Shown here in pieces: positions 9,302 to 17,599 of a stretch of 64,000 nt of DNA. Position 1 is the first letter of the stretch, and the number at the start of each line of letters is the position of its first letter. The notes beneath the pieces are model-generated. The model worked only from the letters and a program-made list of their open reading frames with translations, had not been told where the DNA came from and did not search any database. The DNA is from Dehalococcoidia bacterium (GTDB lineage: Bacteria > Chloroflexota > Dehalococcoidia > Lucifugimonadales > Lucifugimonadaceae): positions 644,685 to 708,684 of the forward strand of contig OZ244903.1 in assembly GCA_965221625.1 (NCBI GenBank). The letters run 5' to 3'. A program made the translations under genes and the position numbers.

Positions 9302-10945
9302 ATGTACTTGCTTGAAGTCTTGAATCCAGTTGCTCAGCAACGCGGGTTGATGAACTCGTTGAAAATCAATGAACGCCCGGCTTCGTTGGACAACAAGACT
9401 CTGGGTTTGATTTGGAGCGGGACGCACGGTGGCGACGTCGCTTTGAAACGGGCGGCGGAGATGATCCAAGATAGGTTCGAGAATGTCGCCGTCAACTTCT
9501 ACACAGGCGGCAACTACCCGACCCCGCCTCCGATCGTGAAGCAAGCGGGAGAGGAGTGTGACGTCGTCATCGGCGCCACTGCCGACTGAGGGACCTGTGC
9601 GTCGTGGATGGTCCACGACATGATCGAAATCGAGAAGATGGGGAAGCCGGCCATCCCGATAGTCTCCGGCCGCTTTGAAGAGGATGCCATCGCCAGTTCG
9701 CGCGCGTTTGGCATGCCAGATTTGCAGTTCGTTATCGTCCCGCGTATCTACCGCAATCTTGCGATCGATCTTTGCGTCTCGCAGACTGAGGACGCGATCG
9801 ACGACATTATTGACGTCCTAACCGTCGACCAGCAACACGGCCGACGGGAGCGCGACGAGACGGCGGAGGTTCAACGCTTCGAGGGCGACGACCGTTGGGA
9901 CGCTATCTTGAAGATGAATGAGCAGTGGCTGATGCGGGATTGGGGAGATTCGTTCGTCTTGCACCCTCCGACAGCAGAGGCGGTCGGAGAACTGCTTGCC
10001 GGAACGTCGCTCGATCCGCAGGAACTGGTGTGCGATATGCCTCCCGGGTTTGGTCTTGCTACGGTGGAACAGATCGCCATCAACGCGGCTATGGCAGGTG
10101 CGAAATCAGAACACATGCCAGTGATCATCGCAGGTGTGAAAGCACTTTCGCAGATGGGTCGAGACGGCGGTAAGTCGCTGTTGATGTCGACGAGTCCTCA
10201 GGCACCGCTGCTGATTGTCAACGGACCAATCGCCAATGAGATCGGGATCAACGCGAGGTCGGCAATCGGACCGGGTCGTGACAACCAGGTGAACATAACG
10301 ATCGGACGCGCCTTCGCCCTTTGTTTGCGCAACATCGGGTATTGGTATCCCGGGCAGATGGATATGGACACGATCGGAACCACCCGCAAGTTCGTCCAAT
10401 GCATCGCCGAGAACGAGGACGCCAGTCCGTGGCAACCGTTCCACGTAGACCAGGGCTTCCGCGCCAGCGAGAGCACGGTCAGCGTCTTCATCACCAATGG
10501 CGAGTTGGACGTCCAGGATCAAGGCAATACGCAGGCTGAAGATCTGTTGAAGACGTTGGCCTACGGTTCTATATTCGGCACTCGCGGTTTGGGCATGCAC
10601 GGCGGTGCCGAGCGTCTCATCCTGATGCCACCAGACGTCGCCCAGCCGGTGGGTCAACAAGGTTTCTCAAAGGATGACGCAAAGGGGTTCATTCACATCA
10701 ACGCCAACCACAGTTTGGGCAAGATGATCCAATACACGCCGCTCAAAGGCGAGGCGCGAATCAGCCCGATGTGGCGATGGTTGGAAGACTTGACTGAGAA
10801 AGAACGCCTCGAGATTGAGGTCCCTTTGGTTGACGGGCCGGACAAGTGGAAGATCGTGGTTGTCGGTGCCGACCGAGCCAAGACGGCAGTCATGCCGATA
10901 GGCGACGGTGTCCAAACCGTAGGAATCGACCAGTACCGGGCATAA
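9302..10945 (+). CDS. Candidate selenoprotein: UGSC/GrdB-like redox module (D-U-G-T-C, UGA at 9587-9589) fused to a ~370-aa domain of unknown function
   Basis: ORFs 9134..9589 and 9608..10945 are in the same frame, separated only by TGA plus 18 open nt. Read-through gives CDVVIGATAD-U-GTCASWMVHDMIEIEKMGKPAIPIVSG. There is a hairpin 12 nt downstream. Start chosen at ATG 9302 (GGAGA ~10 nt upstream). Confidence 0.6.
9601..9619 (+). promoter_or_regulatory. SECIS-like stem-loop downstream of in-frame UGA
   Basis: GTCGTGG (9601-9607) pairs perfectly with CCACGAC (9613-9619). The 5-nt apical loop is AUGGU. The stem begins 12 nt after the UGA. Confidence 0.5.
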
Positions 10946-10977
10946 CTTCGGCGAGACGGAGTCGCGGTGATGCGCGG

Positions 10978-13158
10978 CTAATCCGTCTTGGCGTGCAACA
11001 ACGCAGACAGCATCTCGCGCAATGAACGCGGTGATGCGACGGCTACTTGCGCCGCCGAACTGCCTGAGCCGATCTTGACGGTGTGAACTCCCGGCGGGAC
11101 GTGCAGAAAAAGGTCTTCATCGGTACGGTCGTCACCAGTCGCGAGTTCGAAATCGAATGGACCGAAGCGGTTAACGACTAGATCGTACGCACGCGCTTTG
11201 GTGAGGCCTTGCTGCCTAACCTCGACGACCTTTGCACCGTGAAGGACTTGCACTGGTTCGGTACGGAACGTCGTCTCAAGCAGCGATACCAGTTCCAGTG
11301 CCTGCCAGTTTCCTAGATCTTCTTCCACCTGGCGGTAGTGCCACGCCAAGGAAGTCTCCTTTTCCTCAACGCGAGAACCCGGGATGCGTTCGACGAAGTC
11401 CGTTAGGAGAGACATGACCTCTGGTTTCCAACCGGTGTCCAAATCCCCGAGGGATCGCCAGTCTCCGCCCGCAGACTTCATCCAGACACCGTGCTCCGCG
11501 ATCAAATCTATCGGGACGTCTGCGAACCACTCGCCCAGTGTTTGGTAGTCGCGTCCGCTGTTGATGAAAGTTTGCACGCCTTCGCAGCGTCCGAATCCAG
11601 CGAGGATGTCGAGGATCTCTGTTGTCGGCACCGCGTCCTCGTAGCGGTCGCAGAACTCGCGGAGCGAACCGTCGTAATCGAGCATGATTAGCGACTTTTC
11701 CGCTGAAGTGAACTCAGTAGAGAGCGATTCGGCGAGAACCGATGAGGTTAGCATCGGCGGCACGGCGACATCGACTGCATCGGCGTCTTCGAGTGCTTCC
11801 ATGAATCCTAATACCCACCGATGGACGTCGTTTTGGATTACGCGACTATGCATCGGCATCATCCGCTCGTTGCGCTCGCCTAAGCTCATCTCAAGGGCAC
11901 GTTCTAACTGGTTGACCGTGCCCTCGACGTCCCACGGATTGACTCTTAGGGCTTCACCCAACTCGCTCACAGCACCGGCGAACTCGCTGATGACCAACGT
12001 GCCACCGCCATCTTCCCGGCACATCACGTACTCCTTGGCAACGAGGTTTAATCCGTCACGCACCGGGGATACGAAACAGACGTCAGCCAGGCGGTACATC
12101 GCGCCCAACTCGGCCGGCGTAACGGTTTGATAGAGATAGCGGATTGGGCTCGTCAGTGGCGAACCGTAGATTCCGTTGATTTCGCTGATGCGACGCTCAA
12201 CGTCCGACCTCAAATCTTGGTAGGTCTCAATCCCCGGGCGAGTCGGCACAGCCAATTGGATGAACAGAACTCGTTCTTGCCAACGCGGCGATCGCTCCAG
12301 CAGCTTCTCGAATGCTTGCAGCTTGAGCAACAGTCCTTTGGTGTAGTCCAAGCGATCGACACCGAGTATGACTTGACGATCACCGACGTGCCTTTTGAGT
12401 TGTGTCAGATATCGATCCGCTTCGTCCGAATGGGCAGAGTCGCGCATGGCACGGGTGTCGATTCCCAGGGGATGTGCTTGCACGCGTACTGTGTGATTCC
12501 GCAACCGCACTTTTCCAGATTGCGACTCGATACCCAAGATCCGGCGAACGGAGCGCAAGCAGTTGTCGGCGTAGTCATATGTGTGGACGCCGATGAGGTC
12601 TGCGCCGAGAAGACCGCGCAGTATCTCGACCCGTTGCGGCAGGATGCGGAAAGTTTCGTCGGCAGGAAACGGGATGTGCAAGAAAAACCCGATACGAACG
12701 TCGAGTCTTCGTTGCCGCAACATCCTCGGCAAGAGCATCAGGTGATAGTCGTGGACCCAGACAGCGTCGCCCGGTTGCGCCACTTCCGCGACTACGTCGG
12801 CAAATCGTTCGTTGACCCTCGCATAGGTTTCGAATTGCTCTGGGTCGAAGGTCGCTAGTTCCGAGAAGTAGTGGAACAACGGCCACAAGGCGTCGTTTGA
12901 GTAGCCATCGTAATAGTCCCGATAGTCATCGGGGTCGATTTCTACCGGCACCAAGTTGCGATTAGCCAACTGACTGAGGATCGCATCGCTGGGTTCAGTG
13001 CCCGGATATCCGACCCAAAGTCCGCCGGACTGTTCGTGCAATGGCCGAAGCCCGGCCACGAGTCCGCCCACGCTGTCGACCAACGTCTGATGCCCGTCCG
13101 ACGGGTTTTCCGAAATCGTGACCGGTAGGCGATTCGAGACTAAGATAGTGCGCCGCAT
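10978..13158 (-). CDS. otsA: Bifunctional trehalose-6-phosphate synthase (GT20) / trehalose-6-phosphate phosphatase (HAD) fusion
   Basis: The N-terminal ~460 aa is OtsA-like (ILVSNRLP, VWVHDYHLMLLP, GFFLHIPFP, LGVDRLDYTKG, VSPVRDGLNLVAKEY). The C-terminal part has the HAD trehalose-phosphatase motif IMLDYDGSL and GDDRTDED. Confidence 0.88.
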   Translation of the reverse strand: MRRTILVSNRLPVTISENPSDGHQTLVDSVGGLVAGLRPLHEQSGGLWVGYPGTEPSDAILSQLANRNLVPVEIDPDDYRDYYDGYSNDALWPLFHYFSELATFDPEQFETYARVNERFADVVAEVAQPGDAVWVHDYHLMLLPRMLRQRRLDVRIGFFLHIPFPADETFRILPQRVEILRGLLGADLIGVHTYDYADNCLRSVRRILGIESQSGKVRLRNHTVRVQAHPLGIDTRAMRDSAHSDEADRYLTQLKRHVGDRQVILGVDRLDYTKGLLLKLQAFEKLLERSPRWQERVLFIQLAVPTRPGIETYQDLRSDVERRISEINGIYGSPLTSPIRYLYQTVTPAELGAMYRLADVCFVSPVRDGLNLVAKEYVMCREDGGGTLVISEFAGAVSELGEALRVNPWDVEGTVNQLERALEMSLGERNERMMPMHSRVIQNDVHRWVLGFMEALEDADAVDVAVPPMLTSSVLAESLSTEFTSAEKSLIMLDYDGSLREFCDRYEDAVPTTEILDILAGFGRCEGVQTFINSGRDYQTLGEWFADVPIDLIAEHGVWMKSAGGDWRSLGDLDTGWKPEVMSLLTDFVERIPGSRVEEKETSLAWHYRQVEEDLGNWQALELVSLLETTFRTEPVQVLHGAKVVEVRQQGLTKARAYDLVVNRFGPFDFELATGDDRTDEDLFLHVPPGVHTVKIGSGSSAAQVAVASPRSLREMLSALLHAKTD

Positions 13159-13231
13159 TGGTGTTAGCTTCTACATTCTAGCGAGGTTGACGGGCGCAGC
13201 AAGCTTATTCGACCGTTTTGGGTTTGACCGA

Positions 13232-13498
13232 TTAGCATCCTCCGCCGATCGCCGGGACGAAATGGACCTCGGTGTCTGGTTCCAAAGGCTGCAAAAGACC
13301 TTGACGCGTTGCTGCGTGGCCGACAACGGCTGCCAATCCGGGTTTCAACCGCCCGTCTTGCAGTAGGTACTCTGAGATTCCGGGGTATGCTCTTTCGAGA
13401 TTTTCGACAAGCTCTCCCAAGGTTGCTCCGGCTACCTCTAACTCGCCCTTGCCATCCGTCATGCGCCTCAACTCGTACGGCAAGAACACTTTTGCCAT
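13232..13498 (-). CDS. MoaD/ThiS-family ubiquitin-like sulfur-carrier protein ending in GGGC
   Basis: 88 aa with beta-grasp-like pattern. C-terminus ...EVHFVPAIGGGC-stop was verified by hand translation of 13232-13270. Confidence 0.7.
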   Translation of the reverse strand: MAKVFLPYELRRMTDGKGELEVAGATLGELVENLERAYPGISEYLLQDGRLKPGLAAVVGHAATRQGLLQPLEPDTEVHFVPAIGGGC

Positions 13499-13587
13499 GA
13501 ATTCAACCTCCCCCGGTTAATCCTTCGGAATCGCAACCCAAACCAACGTCAAAAATCAGGATACCACCAGCTAATCGAGTCCAATTT

Positions 13588-13621
13588 ACGAAAAAGGGGG
13601 CGACCATATGGACGCCCCCTT
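13588..13621 (-). terminator. Rho-independent terminator after the Mo-hydroxylase gene
   Basis: AGGGGGCG (13595-13602) pairs with CGCCCCCT (13613-13620). On the minus strand it is followed by TTTTT (13591-13595). It lies 24 nt downstream of the stop at 13645. Confidence 0.75.
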
Positions 13622-13644
13622 GTCATCATGCGTGACGAACAGGC

Positions 13645-15933
13645 TTAACCGCCATTCTTGCTCGCAAGAGCTTCCATGATGCGGCCTGGTTTCATCGGCT
13701 GCTCTTCGAGCCTGATGCCAAGCGCGTCGTGGATAGCGTTCGGGATTGCGCCGAGCGGCGGTGCGATCGGAACTTCCCCGACGCCGCGCACACCGAACGG
13801 GTGCATCGGATTCGCGACCTCGACGATGTGCGTCTCGAGCATCGGCAAGTCGAGCGAGGTAGGCATGCGGTAGTCGAGGAAGCTGAAGTTGGCCATCGAA
13901 CCGTCTTCGTTCATGAAGTACTCTTCGTTGAGTGCCCATCCGATGCCTTGTGCTGCACCGCCTTGCATCTGATTCTCGACGTAGTCCGGGTGGATCGCCT
14001 TACCAGCGTCTTGGAACACGCTGTATCGGACAACATCCGTTTTTCCGGTTTCGACGTCTATCTCGAGGTCGCAGATGTGAAGTCCGAAGGCGTTGCCCGC
14101 GGCTGCCAGGTTGACCGACGACGTCGATGAAATCGGACCGCCGGTGTCACCGAGACGTGTAGCCAAATCCTTGAACCCGAGGTTCAATTCAGGATCCGAC
14201 TTGCTGCTGAAGACACCGTCGGCAAATTCGACATCATCCTCATCGATGCCCCAAAGCATTGCTGCACGTTTCCGCATCTCGTCGGCCATCTTCGTTGCCG
14301 CTTCCCACGCGGCATATCCTGTTGCGTAGGTAACGCGACTGCCACCGGTAGTCCCGGTGTAACCGATCTCATCCGTGCCCGGGATGCTGGGGTGGACGTC
14401 GTGGGCGTCGAGGCCCAGCACCTCGGCGGCCTGCATCGCTATCGATGCTCGCGAACCGCCGATGTCCTGCGAACCTTCGTTCATGGCGACAGTGCCATCC
14501 TCTTGAAGCATCAGGTCTACGGTTGACTTTCCGCCGCCGTTCATCCAGAAGCCGACTGCAACGCCGCGTCCGCGCTTCTTCCCCGGTGCGGCTTCCCCAA
14601 TTGCGGAGTTCCAATGATCCGAGTTGCGGGCGTCTTCCAGCATCTCAACCAATCCGATGCGGTTAAACATCACACCGTTGCCGTTGCGTGTGCCCTCTAC
14701 AGATGCGTTATCGAGGCGGAACTGAAGCTTGTCCCAACTCATCTTGTCACAGATTTCGTCGACAACCGTCTCGATTGCGAAACAGACCTGAGGCGAGCCT
14801 GGGGCCCGGTATGCAGCGGACTTGGGTTTATTGACAACGACGTCGTACGCGTCAATGCGGGAGTTCGGTACGTCGTAGGCTGCACGGATGCAGTTGACTC
14901 CGGCACCGAATGCCGAACCGGGGTATGCGCCCGCTTCGTAGCGAATTCGTGAGTCGAAAGCCTGGATCTTCCCGTCTTTCGTGACTCCCATCTTGACCCA
15001 AACCTTGCCGCCGGGTGCAGGACCGCTGGCCATGAAGACCGCAGGTCGGTCCATCACCATCTTCACGGGCAAACCGTTGGACTTCTTGGAGAGAATTGCG
15101 GCAACGGGTGCGAGATAGGTCTTGGTCTTGCCGCCGAAACCTCCGCCAATCTCCACCGACTTCGCGGTGACCGCAGAATCGGGCAGACCGACCAATGCCG
15201 CAGTCTGCTCTCGGACAGCGAACATTCCTTGTGTGCTCTCCCACACCGTGACGTGTCCGCGCTCATCCCAGACAGCAGTCGCGTTGTGCGGTTCAATGTA
15301 GCCCTGATGGACCATCTCGAGCGAGACTTCACGCTCAACGACGAGGTCGCAGTCGTTGAATGCTGCGTCCGGGTCACCAAACTCGTGTCGCACGGCGGTT
15401 GCCACGTTGGTGTTGGGCACCCGTTCGCCGAAGTGATTGCCTACGAGGTCCTCAATGAGGATCGTCGCATCGTCGGCCATCGCTTCGTCGACGTTGCGTA
15501 CCGGCGGAAGTGCTTCGTATTCGACCTTGATGCGTCGTGTTGCTTCGGTTGCAGTGTTGCGGTCCACTGCGGCAACAGCAGCGACCACGTGTCCTCGGTA
15601 AAGAACCTTGTCGGAAGCCATGACGTTGTCTTGAGTGCGTTTGAGGTTCAACACCTCTTCGCCAGTTTCGACTTCCATGTCGGCGGCCGTCGGGAAGTCC
15701 TTGTGGGTTGCGACGGCAAAGACACCGGGCATGCTCTCAGCTTCGGAAGTGTCGATGCTCAGTATGCGAGCGTGCACTTGCTCAGTCCGCAGCACGTCGC
15801 CCCAAATCAATCCGGGGAGCTTAACGTCGCCACCGTAGATGGCACGGCCGGTTACCTTCTCCAAACCGTCGTGGCGGATCGGACGCGTACCGATTACCGA
15901 AAAGTTCTTCTTCTGCTCAAAAGTGGCAACCAT
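13645..15933 (-). CDS. Xanthine dehydrogenase/aldehyde oxidase-family molybdopterin-binding large subunit
   Basis: 762 aa. N-terminal IGTRPIRHDGLEKVTGRAIYGGD, then GGGFGGK and the C-terminal Mo-cofactor domain pattern (RGVGE.P). Confidence 0.88.
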   Translation of the reverse strand: MVATFEQKKNFSVIGTRPIRHDGLEKVTGRAIYGGDVKLPGLIWGDVLRTEQVHARILSIDTSEAESMPGVFAVATHKDFPTAADMEVETGEEVLNLKRTQDNVMASDKVLYRGHVVAAVAAVDRNTATEATRRIKVEYEALPPVRNVDEAMADDATILIEDLVGNHFGERVPNTNVATAVRHEFGDPDAAFNDCDLVVEREVSLEMVHQGYIEPHNATAVWDERGHVTVWESTQGMFAVREQTAALVGLPDSAVTAKSVEIGGGFGGKTKTYLAPVAAILSKKSNGLPVKMVMDRPAVFMASGPAPGGKVWVKMGVTKDGKIQAFDSRIRYEAGAYPGSAFGAGVNCIRAAYDVPNSRIDAYDVVVNKPKSAAYRAPGSPQVCFAIETVVDEICDKMSWDKLQFRLDNASVEGTRNGNGVMFNRIGLVEMLEDARNSDHWNSAIGEAAPGKKRGRGVAVGFWMNGGGKSTVDLMLQEDGTVAMNEGSQDIGGSRASIAMQAAEVLGLDAHDVHPSIPGTDEIGYTGTTGGSRVTYATGYAAWEAATKMADEMRKRAAMLWGIDEDDVEFADGVFSSKSDPELNLGFKDLATRLGDTGGPISSTSSVNLAAAGNAFGLHICDLEIDVETGKTDVVRYSVFQDAGKAIHPDYVENQMQGGAAQGIGWALNEEYFMNEDGSMANFSFLDYRMPTSLDLPMLETHIVEVANPMHPFGVRGVGEVPIAPPLGAIPNAIHDALGIRLEEQPMKPGRIMEALASKNGG

Positions 15934-16171
15934 TCAGATGATCCTCCTGAATCGATCCGGTCGACGTTGCTCAGCGAACGCGCCGACAACCGCTTAGAAA
16001 CTTCGAATACGGCAACTGTCAGATCGCGCGATTCGCATTCCTCAATGAATGAATCATAATGCAGATTGATTGAACGAGTATGAAGTTTCAAACGCGTAGG
16101 GCGTTTTCTCAGGATCGAGGAGCGCAGAGCGACGCAATCGGGCGATCGCTCGCCACCACTCGCGCGCTCCT

Positions 16172-16603
16172 TTACTCGATCGGATGCGGATCGATGTAAA
16201 CGGTGGCTTCGCCGTTCATCACCTCTTCGTCTTCGCCGTTCTGGCAAGTTACCGCCAACTTGACGATCGGTTTGTCTTCGCGTACCGAAGTAACCTCGCA
16301 TTTTGCGGTCACCGTGTCATTAATGTGCACTGGTGCGACGAAGTTGACACTCAAGCCTAGGAAGATAATCGTCGCGTCGTCGACCGCCATCTCATCGCCG
16401 AGAACCGCAGAGACCATCCCAACCAGCAGAGCACCGTGGCCGATGCGTTGCCCGAATCGCGTGCTGGATGCATAGTCGTCGTCAAGGTGCAACGGTTGCT
16501 CATCACCGCTCAACTCGGCGAACTTGCGCACCACTTCGTCGGTGATTACCCGCGTGATCGATCCCGTTGAACCGACTGCAAAGGTTTCGGGAATGTGCGG
16601 CAT
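16172..16603 (-). CDS. MaoC-family (R)-specific enoyl-CoA hydratase, hot-dog fold
   Basis: 143 aa. F..LSGD.QPLHLD....S.RFGQRI.HG.L is typical of the MaoC dehydratase domain. Confidence 0.8.
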   Translation of the reverse strand: MPHIPETFAVGSTGSITRVITDEVVRKFAELSGDEQPLHLDDDYASSTRFGQRIGHGALLVGMVSAVLGDEMAVDDATIIFLGLSVNFVAPVHINDTVTAKCEVTSVREDKPIVKLAVTCQNGEDEEVMNGEATVYIDPHPIE

Positions 16604-16622
16604 TTCGGCGAATTCCTAGCTA

Positions 16623-17456
16623 TTAGTCGTCTTGCTGTTTGCTTTGCGCGATGTACGAACCGATTACAACCAATGCTGCACCGACCCACAGCTCGGGTCC
16701 GATTCTCTCTCCCAGTATCAACCAAGACAGTACAGCCGTCACTACCGGCGAGGCGAGCGACAGCTGTGTGACTCTGCTAGGGAGGTAGTTGCTGAGTAAC
16801 CACGTCTGACCCAAGAAGGCGAAACCCGCGATGATTACTCCTTGGTAGAAGAGTGATGCTCCCAACGAAAACGTGAAGTTGGTCACTTCCGTCTCAAACA
16901 GCATCGAGCTGGCAAGGAAGGTTGCGGATCCGAAGATGCCTTGTGCCATCAATATTTTGACTTGCGAGATGCCTTGGCCGAGCTGTGAGACATAGACTTG
17001 TCGCAATCCGAGCAGGACCGCGGAGCAGAGCACGAGCAAGTCTCCCAGCCATGGATTCTGGGCATCCAACCCGTCGGTGCCACCGAAGAGAGTTCTGACG
17101 AATAGTGCCACCACTCCGAGATAGGCCACCAAGGCACCGGTGACGCGTCGCTTCGACAGCTTGTCATTCGGGATAAAGATGTGTGCGAACACGCCGGCCC
17201 AAAGCGGAAAGGTAGTGATCACAACACCAGAATGCCCGGCCGTTGTGAGATCTTGACCGATGTTCATGAAAGCAAGTTGGATCGAGAACAACGCGCCGAG
17301 TAGAAAAAGCGGAACGATCTCGGGCCGAGTAAATTTGAGGCTCTGGCGCGCCACGATCGCCCAGACGATGACCACCAACATTCCGAGAATGAAGCGGAAG
17401 AATCCGAGCCGAAGTGGCGGTGCGTCGTCCAACCCGATCTTCGTGGCGATCGGCAA
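16623..17456 (-). CDS. EamA/DMT-family transporter (true start probably upstream of 17456, see findings)
   Basis: Multi-TM protein with two EamA-like halves. The in-frame sequence upstream of the TTG at 17456 encodes RRKPLTLGAGSFAFLLASLWAG, which looks like the missing TM1. Confidence 0.75.
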   Translation of the reverse strand: MPIATKIGLDDAPPLRLGFFRFILGMLVVIVWAIVARQSLKFTRPEIVPLFLLGALFSIQLAFMNIGQDLTTAGHSGVVITTFPLWAGVFAHIFIPNDKLSKRRVTGALVAYLGVVALFVRTLFGGTDGLDAQNPWLGDLLVLCSAVLLGLRQVYVSQLGQGISQVKILMAQGIFGSATFLASSMLFETEVTNFTFSLGASLFYQGVIIAGFAFLGQTWLLSNYLPSRVTQLSLASPVVTAVLSWLILGERIGPELWVGAALVVIGSYIAQSKQQDD

Positions 17457-17599
17457 CCCGGCCCACAGGGATGCCAGCAGGAACGCGAAGCTGCCCGCAC
17501 CTAGCGTGAGGGGCTTGCGACGATCTTCGACGGTCGATTCCGCGGTGCCAACTGGATCCGGTCCGGCAGGTCCGGAATCTTGTGTCGAGTTGCGGGAGG

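Noticed and set aside
9134-10945. Alternative reading of the UGA locus as two ordinary adjacent genes or a nonsense-mutated pseudogene
   Set aside because: Not fully excluded. It is disfavoured for four reasons. The stop sits exactly two codons before a Cys in a continuous domain. The 18-nt 'spacer' is open and in frame. The would-be start ATG 9608 has no SD and lies in a hairpin loop. The upstream ORF alone would be a truncated half-domain.
15934-16171. Moco riboswitch upstream of the Mo-hydroxylase gene
   Set aside because: I could not identify the conserved Moco-motif helices or sequence blocks. Only an AT-rich partial dyad was seen, and it is mentioned under the findings.
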